DNA of 64,000 nucleotides from an uncultured Gammaproteobacteria bacterium (GTDB taxonomy: Bacteria > Patescibacteriota > Microgenomatia > Levybacterales > GWA1-39-11), in NCBI GenBank assembly GCA_964425075.1, contig CAYRKM010000001.1:395060-459059 (forward strand), in the 5' to 3' direction. The translations under genes and the position numbers were made by a program. The notes beneath the pieces were generated by a model. The model had not been told where the DNA came from and searched no databases. It worked only from the letters and a program-made list of their open reading frames with translations. Shown in pieces: positions 44,277 through 53,181 of this stretch (position 1 is its first letter; each line of letters begins with the position of its first letter).

Positions 44277-44981
44277 ATGACAAAAGGCAAAGAGATGGAA
44301 GAAATGGGAATAACCCCAAACGTAGAACATTCTGAAGGATCGCAGGTACCTCTTGCGACAATGGCTGACCTAGAAGCTGTTTTCAGATTTTTACTGTATG
44401 ATAAAATTATTGCATCCATGGTAAGGGATGGATTCAAAACACCCTGGGGGGAGTTTTCCGATAACAAGTCTATACTTGAGGCATGTGCGATTGCTTTAAA
44501 AAGCTCACATGGGAAATTAAATCCAGACGAATTTATTGAAGAACTTATTGCAAACAAACTTTTGCATACAAGCTTTGAATTAGATGCCTTATATAGAACC
44601 AGTAGTAACCGTTTTGCTGATGATAAAACACGAGTAAGAGGGCTTTATGTCTATGACTGGGCAAAATTAGAAGGTTTGGGCTTGATAGAAGAAGGTCCAA
44701 AAGAAAGTATAGGTAATAGTTATGGTATACCACAGGATATTTATGAGCATTTACGTACTAACGCTGCTCTTGAGGAACCTTATGAGGGAACAAGTAGAAT
44801 TGGTCGTAGATATGATGGAGAATATACACGCGTAGTGAGTCAAACTGCCTACTCGGGAATAAGCGTGGATTATATTCTGTATCGTGGGGGTCCTAAGAAC
44901 CATAATATTTTGGGCAGAAGCTATGTGACTACAACACCTGATGTTTGGAGTACAGTTTTTGCTTCCATGGTACAGTTCTAG
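44277..44981 (+). CDS. Hypothetical protein
   Basis: 234-aa ORF with no recognisable motifs. Confidence 0.5.
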   Translation: MTKGKEMEEMGITPNVEHSEGSQVPLATMADLEAVFRFLLYDKIIASMVRDGFKTPWGEFSDNKSILEACAIALKSSHGKLNPDEFIEELIANKLLHTSFELDALYRTSSNRFADDKTRVRGLYVYDWAKLEGLGLIEEGPKESIGNSYGIPQDIYEHLRTNAALEEPYEGTSRIGRRYDGEYTRVVSQTAYSGISVDYILYRGGPKNHNILGRSYVTTTPDVWSTVFASMVQF

Positions 44982-45032
44982 CCTTAATTAGTAGCTAATT
45001 TCAGCGTAGCTTGTTTTGATATAATAAGCTAC

Positions 45033-46880
45033 ATGAAAGCAGCGGATATTCTTCAAAAGTATATTTCATATTTTGAAAAGCAGAGACATACTCGTATAGA
45101 AAATAGCTCTCTTGTTCCTTTAAATGATCCGACAACTCTTTTTACCTCAAGCGGTATGCAGCCATTAGTCCCTTTTCTTTTAGGAGAAAAACATCCACAG
45201 GGCGTGCGTCTTGTGAATGCACAGAATTGTTTTCGAGCTCAAGACATAGATGAAATTGGGGACAACCGGCATACTACTTTTTTTAGAATGCTTGGGAATT
45301 GGTCACTGGGTGACTATTTTAAAAAAGAACAACTCCCCTACTTCTTTGAATTTTTGACAGATGAGTTAGGTTTGGATCCAAAAAAGCTTTACGTCACTGT
45401 TTTTTCAGGAAATAAAACCGTACCAAAAGACACGGAAAGCATCGAGATTTGGAAATCATTGTTTGCATCCAAAGGAATTGATGCAGAAGACGGGAGAATT
45501 TTTGAATATGGTGTTGAAAAAAACTGGTGGTCTAGAGCTGGAGTTCCTGAAAATATGCCGGTTGGCGAGCCCGGAGGACCTGACAGCGAAGTTTTTTTCG
45601 ACTTTGGTATTGATTTAAAGATACACGAAAGCAGTGTTTTTAAAGACGAAAAATGTCATGTAAATTGCGACTGCGGAAGGTATCTTGAGATAGGAAATTC
45701 TGTTTTTATGCAATATATAAAAAAGGAAACCGGCTTTGAGGAGCTCCCGCAGAAGAACGTAGATTTTGGAGGAGGTTTGGAACGGTTACTCGCTGCAGTG
45801 GAGAATAAGCAGGATGTTTTTGAGACCACTCTCTTCAGTCCCATAATTCATTCAATTGAGAATACAACTGGAAAAGAATACAGCAAAAATCCACAGGAAA
45901 TGAGAATAATCTTGGACCATTTTGTAGCCGCAATATTTATTTGCTCAAATGATGTAAAGCCATCCAACAAAGAACAGGGGTATATTTTGCGTCGTCTTAT
46001 TCGTCGCGGTTTGGATAATTTTTATGTCCTCAATGGAGATACGATAGTTCCAATCATAGAAAAAATCATAGAGCAATATAAAGATACTGATCCTGTTTTG
46101 GTCGAGCAGTTTGAGGAGATTAAAAATACTATTTTGGAGGAAGAGACTGTATACCAAAAGGCACTAGCAGGAGGTAAAAAACTTATTGAAAAAGAAATTT
46201 CCAAAAATCCTTTAGGTTTTAAAACATCAGATGAAGTAAAAATAGGCGGCGAGCTAACAGGAGTTACCCTTATTTCAGCAGATTTGGCATTTAAAGCAAT
46301 TTCTTCATATGGGTTGGGACCTACGCAGCTCAAAAGTTTGGGTTACACTTTCGATGATAAAGCATTGGCTGAGCTTATAAAGCAACACCAAGAAACGTCT
46401 CGTGCTGGTGCAGGACAAAAATTTGCTGGAGGGTTAGCCGACCACTCAGAGTTAACTGTAAAGGGACACACTGCAACACACCTAGTGCATCAAGCGTTGC
46501 GAGATGTTCTAGGAAATTCAGTACATCAAACAGGAAGCAATATCACGTCCGAACGTGTTAGGTTTGATTTTGCATATGAGAAAAAAGTAACAGAGGAAGA
46601 GCTTAAGAAGGTTGATGCGATAGTGCAGCAAAAAATAAAAGATGACCTTCCAGTGCATTTTGAAATAATGCCGCTTGAGAAGGCAAAAAAACTAGGAGCA
46701 ATTGGTCTTTTTGATGATAAGTACGCTAAAGACGTAAAGATTTACTTTATAGGGGAGTATTCCAAGGAGTTTTGTGGTGGTCCCCATGTCGAAAAGACTT
46801 CAGATATCAAAAGTTTTGCTATACTAAAAGAAGAAGGGGTTGCCCGCGGTGTTCGTCGTATTTACATTAAGGTGACCTAA
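45033..46880 (+). CDS. alaS: Alanine--tRNA ligase, short form lacking C-Ala domain
   Basis: Catalytic motifs TSSGMQPLVPFLLG and RHTTFFRMLGNWSLGDYFK. Editing-domain HxxxH and CGGPH motifs. 615 aa. Confidence 0.85.
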   Translation: MKAADILQKYISYFEKQRHTRIENSSLVPLNDPTTLFTSSGMQPLVPFLLGEKHPQGVRLVNAQNCFRAQDIDEIGDNRHTTFFRMLGNWSLGDYFKKEQLPYFFEFLTDELGLDPKKLYVTVFSGNKTVPKDTESIEIWKSLFASKGIDAEDGRIFEYGVEKNWWSRAGVPENMPVGEPGGPDSEVFFDFGIDLKIHESSVFKDEKCHVNCDCGRYLEIGNSVFMQYIKKETGFEELPQKNVDFGGGLERLLAAVENKQDVFETTLFSPIIHSIENTTGKEYSKNPQEMRIILDHFVAAIFICSNDVKPSNKEQGYILRRLIRRGLDNFYVLNGDTIVPIIEKIIEQYKDTDPVLVEQFEEIKNTILEEETVYQKALAGGKKLIEKEISKNPLGFKTSDEVKIGGELTGVTLISADLAFKAISSYGLGPTQLKSLGYTFDDKALAELIKQHQETSRAGAGQKFAGGLADHSELTVKGHTATHLVHQALRDVLGNSVHQTGSNITSERVRFDFAYEKKVTEEELKKVDAIVQQKIKDDLPVHFEIMPLEKAKKLGAIGLFDDKYAKDVKIYFIGEYSKEFCGGPHVEKTSDIKSFAILKEEGVARGVRRIYIKVT

Positions 46881-49103
46881 TTGTATCGAATTGTTAGCAA
46901 TATGTTAAAACTGCCTCCCATTCCATTTATAAATGGTGGAAAGAAAGAAGATTTTTTTCTTTCCCTACTTTTCCGTCAAGACAAAATTTCTGCAATTCTT
47001 TTTAGAGAAGAGCAAAAAACCTTGGTAATTTTAGGAAGCAGCGAGGAAAAGATTGACCTTGAAGAAGCTGCAATAGAGGATTTGGTTATTGCCTCAGACA
47101 CTGTTATTTCCAAAATCGAAATGAGTTTGCCAGAAGGGGCAAATCTTGAAAAAACAATTTTTTCAGTCCCCTACTCCTGGGTTGAGGAAGGAAAGATAAA
47201 AGAAGAAAGACTTGCCCAGCTTAAAAAAATAAGTGTCGAATTAGCTCTTGTTCCAATGGGTTTTATAGTTTCAATTGAGGCTATTATTGCTTTTCTTCAG
47301 AAAAAAGAAGGCGTGCCGATAAATGGAATTTTTGTGGAAATTTCAGAAACATTTTTATATGTTTACCTTGTAAGAAGTGGAAATATTTTAGAAGTAAAAC
47401 AAGGGAAGATTGATGATTCAGCCGAAAAAACTGTTGAAAATTTGCTTTCCTCCGTCATAAAATTTGAAGTTTTACCATCAAAAATTATTCTTTTAAATAA
47501 TAAGGAAGCAGAAACCATTCAGCAGAAATTTTTGTCTCATCACTGGACTAAGCAGCTTCCTTTTCAGCATCTTCCCCAGGTTGCAATGCTTGAAAAAGGA
47601 TTTGAGAATGAAGCAATCATTCATGGGGTTGCAAGCCAAATGGGAGCAGCAATAAAGGGTGAGCTGGCAGTTTCAAGATCGGAAGAAAAGGGAGGCGAAG
47701 AAAAAGAAGTAAGCGCTACGGAAGATTCGTTCGGTTTTTCCCAAGACGTTGATATAGCAAAGAAATCAACTCCACTCGTTGAAGATAAAGAAATTGACGA
47801 GCCTGATTTAATGGATGGAAACCAGGAAAAGGATATTGCAATGGACGAGGGGATAGAAGAAAGCTATGTTCCTCCGGAAAAGAAAAGTCCTTCTGGCGGG
47901 ATTTTTGCAGTTATTTTGTCGTTCATTCCAAAGAATTTATCATTACCCAAACTTTCATTTGCTAAAGGTGGGAGATCGTATCTTATTCCGCTTGCTGCGG
48001 CAGTTATTGTAATTGCAATAACAGCTTTTTATTACATGTTTCTTATAAAGGCTGATGTAATTGTTTTTACGGGTCAAAAAGAATTTAACGACACGCTCAA
48101 TATAACTCTTACAACAAATGGAACCTCATCATTTGACGAGAAGGTTTTGCGTATAGAAACAGTAACAGAGGAAGTGAGTGGAAGTGAAACGCAAGAAGTT
48201 ACCGGAAAGAAAGAAACAGGTGAAAAGGCAAAAGGAGAGGTAACAATATTCAACAAAACTGATAAAAAACAAACAATAGAAAAGGGAACAACGATAACCT
48301 CATCTAATAATTTAGAATTTACCTTAAGCGACACAGTTGAGATCGCATCCACTAGTTCTTTTGCAACAGAATTTTCTAATAAAAAAGCCAAGGTGGAGGC
48401 TTCAAAATTTGGAAAGGAATACAATTTACCATCAAACACCAATTTTACTGTTACAAGCTTCACAACTTCACAAGTTTTTGCGAAAAATGACACTGCTTTT
48501 GCAGGAGGTACTAAAGAAGAAATCCAGGTGGTGTCAGAGAAAGATATGGACTCATTGTCTGAGAGCCTATCTGACAAGCTTTTAAGTGATGCAAAAAAGA
48601 AAGCTTCAGCAAAAGTTGCAGATGGTCAGGAATTATTGCCAGTTGTGTTATCCACTAAATTTGAAGAGAAAAAATTTGATAAAAAAGAAGATCAGGAAGC
48701 AAAAAATCTTAAATTAACTGCAACAATAACCTTCACGCTTGGATCTTACAAAAAAGAAGAATTGGATGCATTTATTGCAAGTTCTGACTCATTTGATGTT
48801 CCTGACGATTTTAAATTATCTGATCAAGAGTCAGAGTTAAGGTTATCAAATGTTTCTCAGAAAGGAAAAGATATCACTGCAAAGTTGTCATTTAATGCAA
48901 TCTATAAGCCTCAGCTTGAGGTTTCAAATATTCCTCAGGAAATAAAAGGAAAAAGTATAAAAACAGCGGAGGGAAAACTTAGGGAAATTTCAGGAATTTC
49001 AGATGTGAAGATTTTGATTCACAATGGAATTCCACTTCTCCCAAGCCTTCTCCCATTTAGAAAGGAGAATATAACTCTTGAAATAAAAGCTGAAGAATTA
49101 TAA
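46881..49103 (+). CDS. Large bitopic membrane protein, hypothetical (start uncertain: TTG 46881 or ATG 46902)
   Basis: ~330-aa cytoplasmic N-domain, acidic linker, TM helices (~aa 340-395) and ~340-aa K/E/T-rich extracytoplasmic domain. Lies upstream of the second sortase. Confidence 0.6.
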   Translation: MYRIVSNMLKLPPIPFINGGKKEDFFLSLLFRQDKISAILFREEQKTLVILGSSEEKIDLEEAAIEDLVIASDTVISKIEMSLPEGANLEKTIFSVPYSWVEEGKIKEERLAQLKKISVELALVPMGFIVSIEAIIAFLQKKEGVPINGIFVEISETFLYVYLVRSGNILEVKQGKIDDSAEKTVENLLSSVIKFEVLPSKIILLNNKEAETIQQKFLSHHWTKQLPFQHLPQVAMLEKGFENEAIIHGVASQMGAAIKGELAVSRSEEKGGEEKEVSATEDSFGFSQDVDIAKKSTPLVEDKEIDEPDLMDGNQEKDIAMDEGIEESYVPPEKKSPSGGIFAVILSFIPKNLSLPKLSFAKGGRSYLIPLAAAVIVIAITAFYYMFLIKADVIVFTGQKEFNDTLNITLTTNGTSSFDEKVLRIETVTEEVSGSETQEVTGKKETGEKAKGEVTIFNKTDKKQTIEKGTTITSSNNLEFTLSDTVEIASTSSFATEFSNKKAKVEASKFGKEYNLPSNTNFTVTSFTTSQVFAKNDTAFAGGTKEEIQVVSEKDMDSLSESLSDKLLSDAKKKASAKVADGQELLPVVLSTKFEEKKFDKKEDQEAKNLKLTATITFTLGSYKKEELDAFIASSDSFDVPDDFKLSDQESELRLSNVSQKGKDITAKLSFNAIYKPQLEVSNIPQEIKGKSIKTAEGKLREISGISDVKILIHNGIPLLPSLLPFRKENITLEIKAEEL

Positions 49104-49122
49104 GTCTAAAGCTTAATTTTAA

Positions 49123-49881
49123 TTGAATACTATTATGTCCAAAACATATACATATGGAAAAGCTCGTAGTGTGCTTAAAAAGCGCTTAAAAAGGTTCGTG
49201 GGTATATCAACCCTGGTTCTTGGAGTCGTGGTTGTGCTTTATTTTTTCTTTCCCGTTATTTCTTACCATTTATTTCTCTCTTCGGAATTTTCTGCAGATG
49301 ATATAGAATCCCCCTTGCCAAAGAGATATGTATTACAGGGGAATAATAATATTACTTCAATAGTAGCTTCAAGTTTTAGTGATGTAGCTTATGATTTTAC
49401 GGACGCTAGAAATTGGTTCCCTCAAGTAGAAGCGAAAGGGGTTACAGTTAAAAAAGTAAGCGAGTACGAGCTATCAATTCCTTCTCAAAAGATAATGAAT
49501 GCAAAAGTTTCTGGGGATGATTTTGATCTTTCAAAGCATTTGGTCCAATATTTTTCAACGTCAAAAAACCCCATAGATAAGGGAACATCTGTAATTTTTG
49601 GTCATTCTACTCTACCTCAATGGTTTGATCCTACTAATTACAATACAATTTTTGCAAAGCTTCATACAATAAAAGTAGGGGATGAAATAATTCTTACGGT
49701 AAATAACTTGAATTTTTCTTATAAAATATTTTCAACCAATATTACTGATCCTTCTGACCCAAATATTTTCTCTCAAAGCTTTGATAATAGCTATATTACT
49801 CTTGTTACATGTACTCCACCCGGTACGGTGTGGAAAAGACTTATTGTGAGGGCAAGTCTTACTGGTCTTGCAAAAAATTGA
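49123..49881 (+). CDS. Sortase-family transpeptidase (second copy)
   Basis: TM anchor, catalytic His in VIFGHS, TLVTCTP active-site motif, Arg in WKRLIVRA. Confidence 0.8.
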   Translation: MNTIMSKTYTYGKARSVLKKRLKRFVGISTLVLGVVVVLYFFFPVISYHLFLSSEFSADDIESPLPKRYVLQGNNNITSIVASSFSDVAYDFTDARNWFPQVEAKGVTVKKVSEYELSIPSQKIMNAKVSGDDFDLSKHLVQYFSTSKNPIDKGTSVIFGHSTLPQWFDPTNYNTIFAKLHTIKVGDEIILTVNNLNFSYKIFSTNITDPSDPNIFSQSFDNSYITLVTCTPPGTVWKRLIVRASLTGLAKN

Positions 49882-49907
49882 GAGGTAATTCTGATACTAT
49901 GTAGAAT

Positions 49908-50108
49908 ATGGAGCAAATTGGAGTTGATTCTTCCTCCCAGGATGATAAGCTTTTAGCGCAGTATAAAAGGCAGAGGATAAAAGAATCAATTTATAGATTT
50001 TTTTACAACATTTGGCCAAGTATTCAGCGTACACTAACATTTATTTTTTATCACACTTTTCGAATTATTCGAGGGGGGATAAGAACAGCATTAGAGCAGT
50101 TAAAATAA
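49908..50108 (+). CDS. Small hypothetical ORF
   Basis: 66-aa ORF between the sortase and the phosphorylase gene. Weak support. Confidence 0.2.
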   Translation: MEQIGVDSSSQDDKLLAQYKRQRIKESIYRFFYNIWPSIQRTLTFIFYHTFRIIRGGIRTALEQLK

Positions 50109-50109
50109 T

Positions 50110-51381
50110 ATGGAAAAACAACAAGAAGCATTAAAAGCAATTCAAAAAAAGCTTGTAGGAAAGGAGCTTAACTATAAGGAAATCTATGCAATTATGGATG
50201 AAATTGCAAATGATAGACTTGGTGATATTTTGACAACATATTTTGCAGCCTCGGGGTATTCTAAAGGATTTTCATATGATGAATTGTACTTTCTAACCAA
50301 AGCAATGGTTGAAACTGGGGAAAAGCTTGAGTTTAAGGGAATTGTTGCTGACAAACATTCAATTGGGGGACTTCCCGGAACTCGTTGTACTATGATAATA
50401 GTACCCATAATTGCCTCAGCTGGTTTTACAATTCCAAAAAGTTCTTCTCGCGCTATTACAACCCCAGCAGGAACTGCCGATGTGATGGAAGTTTTATCAA
50501 GTGTAACATTTGATGAAAAAGAGATATACAAAATTGTTGAGAAGACGAAAGGATGTATCGTATGGGGTGGAAGTTTTAAAATTGCTCCCGCTGATGACGA
50601 GATAATTCAAGTCGAAGAACCCTTACTTCTTGAAAGTTATGACAAAATTTTGGTTTCTGTTATGGCAAAAAAGATCGCGTTTGGTTCAAACCATATAGTT
50701 ATTGATATTCCATACGGCAAAACGATGAAAGTGCATCGAGAAGAAGATGCTGAAAGTTTAGCTCGAAAATTTAAATTTATTGCAAATAAATTTGATATGA
50801 AATTGGAAGTAATTCTAAGTCACACAGCTGAACCTGCAGGAAACGGCATAGGTCCACTTCTTGAGGCAGTAGATGTTCTGAAAGTGCTTGAACAAACTCC
50901 AGACAGGCCACTTGCTCTTGAAAAGCGTTCAATTGAACTTGCTGGGGCATTATTAAAATTATGTCTTGAAGATGCACCCGACGAGTTAAAAGAGGTTTCC
51001 AAGCAATTTGAAAATACGCAAGAGTGGGCACGTTCCATATTAATATCAGGACAAGCACATAAGAAAATGATGGAAATAATTGATGCCCAAGGAGGAAAGG
51101 CGAATATTACCTCAGACAAACTCCATCCAGCTTCCAATCATAAGTCAGTAAAGTCGGAAAAGTCTGGAGAAATAACAGCAATTAATTGTAAAAATATTTC
51201 TTTAATAGCAAAAATATTAGGAGCTCCACAGGATGCAAAATCAGGAATACTCCTTAAAAAAAGACTTAAAGATAAGATTTCAAAAGGTGAGGAATTATTT
51301 GAGGTTTTCAGTGAAAGCGAGCATAGAATTTCTGAAGCAATTGATTCATTGGAAATGTTTCCACTTTATACAATTGAATAG
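50110..51381 (+). CDS. AMP/thymidine phosphorylase-family protein (glycosyl transferase family 3)
   Basis: DKHSIGG (DKHSTGG-like) phosphate-binding motif and overall DeoA-like collinearity. Confidence 0.75.
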   Translation: MEKQQEALKAIQKKLVGKELNYKEIYAIMDEIANDRLGDILTTYFAASGYSKGFSYDELYFLTKAMVETGEKLEFKGIVADKHSIGGLPGTRCTMIIVPIIASAGFTIPKSSSRAITTPAGTADVMEVLSSVTFDEKEIYKIVEKTKGCIVWGGSFKIAPADDEIIQVEEPLLLESYDKILVSVMAKKIAFGSNHIVIDIPYGKTMKVHREEDAESLARKFKFIANKFDMKLEVILSHTAEPAGNGIGPLLEAVDVLKVLEQTPDRPLALEKRSIELAGALLKLCLEDAPDELKEVSKQFENTQEWARSILISGQAHKKMMEIIDAQGGKANITSDKLHPASNHKSVKSEKSGEITAINCKNISLIAKILGAPQDAKSGILLKKRLKDKISKGEELFEVFSESEHRISEAIDSLEMFPLYTIE

Positions 51382-51403
51382 GTTTGGTTTGTTATAATAA
51401 AAT

Positions 51404-52036
51404 ATGGAGTATTTCTCACTAATACTAACCGTTTCAATTATCCACCTCCTAGCAGTAATTAGTCCTGGCCCTGATTTTCTAATGATTACAAGAAATAGTC
51501 TTGTGTATTCTCGAAAAACTGGTATTTATTCATCGATTGGATTGGGGATCGGGATATTATTACATGTAACGTATTCATTGGTTGGTATTGGTTTTATAAT
51601 TGCTCAGTCTATCGTATTATTTAATGTTATTAAATACTTAGGGGCTGCATATCTAATCTATATTGGAATAAAATCATTAACATCAAAAACTTCTCATATA
51701 ACAAAAGCAGAAGAGAATGAAGCTCTTCCCGACATATCAAAATGGAAGGCAATCAAGATAGGATTTTTAACAAACGCACTAAACCCCAAAGTGACACTGT
51801 TCTTTTTAAGTGTTTTTACGTTGGTAATTAGTCCAACAACCCCTTTAGTTATAAAATTATTTATGGGAGCTGAAATGGCGCTGGTTACTTCCTTGTGGTT
51901 CTCGTTTGTCGCGTTGATTTTCTCGCTCAATATTATTAAGGATAGAATATCTCGAGTTCAGAATTATGCAGTCAAATTCATTGGAGTAGTTTTAATTCTT
52001 CTGGGGGTAAAAGTTGCACTTTCGAGTGCAAAATAA
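51404..52036 (+). CDS. LysE/RhtB-family amino-acid exporter
   Basis: 6-TM protein. N-terminal AVISPGPDF motif. Confidence 0.75.
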   Translation: MEYFSLILTVSIIHLLAVISPGPDFLMITRNSLVYSRKTGIYSSIGLGIGILLHVTYSLVGIGFIIAQSIVLFNVIKYLGAAYLIYIGIKSLTSKTSHITKAEENEALPDISKWKAIKIGFLTNALNPKVTLFFLSVFTLVISPTTPLVIKLFMGAEMALVTSLWFSFVALIFSLNIIKDRISRVQNYAVKFIGVVLILLGVKVALSSAK

Positions 52037-52089
52037 ATACAATTCATATAAGCTTACTAGCTTCAATATGTTACAATAATGCCAAGGAT

Positions 52090-53040
52090 ATGAAGAAGTT
52101 ATGGGTAGTAATACTTTTGGCCGTAGTTGTTGGGATTGGAACGATTGTCTGGTGGAGAAATGGAGTTGCCCCCGTTAACCCTAAAAATACCTCGCAGAAA
52201 GTTTTTGTTATTCCAAAAGGAGCCGCAATTAGAATAATTGGAAATGATCTTAAAGAGCAAGGTCTTATAAAAGATCCTGTTGTTTTCTTTTTATACATAA
52301 AGAAGAACAGACTTGATAAAAAAATTCAGGCTGGTTCTTATAAATTATCACCATCTATGAGCTTGTCACAGCTAGTTGATGAAATGAGAAAAGGGACTAT
52401 TGATGTATGGGTTACAATTCCCGAAGGATATAGAGCAGCAGAAATAGCTGAGGTTTTAAAGGAAAATATAGGAACTTACAGTGATACTTGGATAAAGTCC
52501 CTTGAAGAGGAGGAGGGATATTTATTCCCTGATACTTACTTAATTCCAAAAGATGCAGATGTTACAACAGTCATTTCGATAATGAATAACAATTTTTACG
52601 CGAAGATTGAAAGCATTGAATTAAGTAAAGACACAAAAAATCTTAACAGTATCGTAACAATGGCGTCTCTTATTGAGAGAGAGGCTATTACTGATTCAGA
52701 AAAACCCCTTATAGCCTCAGTTATTAATAATAGATTGAAGAATGATATGGCGCTTGATATAGATGCAACTCTTCAATATATTAAGGGTAAAGATGCAAGA
52801 GGGAAGTGGTGGAGCGTGCCAACAGGAAATGACAAAAACTTAAATTCTTTGTATAATACTTATAAGAATATAGGACTACCTCCAGGACCTATTGCAAATC
52901 CGGGGCTTGAAGCCATTCGAGCTGCAGCAAATCCAGGAGAAAGTAATTATTATTTTTACATACATGACACAACGGGAAAGGTTCATTTTGCAAGGACTTT
53001 GGAAGAACACAATAGAAATGTCGAAAAGTATTTGAGGTAA
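52090..53040 (+). CDS. mltG: Endolytic murein transglycosylase MltG/YceG
   Basis: N-terminal TM anchor and YceG-like domain. Confidence 0.75.
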   Translation: MKKLWVVILLAVVVGIGTIVWWRNGVAPVNPKNTSQKVFVIPKGAAIRIIGNDLKEQGLIKDPVVFFLYIKKNRLDKKIQAGSYKLSPSMSLSQLVDEMRKGTIDVWVTIPEGYRAAEIAEVLKENIGTYSDTWIKSLEEEEGYLFPDTYLIPKDADVTTVISIMNNNFYAKIESIELSKDTKNLNSIVTMASLIEREAITDSEKPLIASVINNRLKNDMALDIDATLQYIKGKDARGKWWSVPTGNDKNLNSLYNTYKNIGLPPGPIANPGLEAIRAAANPGESNYYFYIHDTTGKVHFARTLEEHNRNVEKYLR

Positions 53041-53066
53041 AGTACGTCTTTAAAAACTATAGGGCA

Positions 53067-53095
53067 TTGACAAACTTCGTCATATGCTGTATAGA
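53067..53095 (+). promoter_or_regulatory. Sigma70-like promoter upstream of rpoB
   Basis: TTGACA(17)TATAGA. Confidence 0.45.
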
Positions 53096-53121
53096 TTAAC
53101 ATCACGTATTAAAAAAGATGG

Positions 53122-53178
53122 AGGTCATTGACCTTTCATCCTTTTTTTTCGTGAGTTGGAGGCCAACTTCTCTTTTTT
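53122..53178 (+). promoter_or_regulatory. rpoB leader with two small hairpins each followed by T-runs (possible attenuator)
   Basis: aggtc-att-gacct followed (after 7 nt) by T8. gttgg-agg-ccaac followed by T6 3 nt before the ATG. Confidence 0.3.
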
Positions 53179-53181
53179 CCG

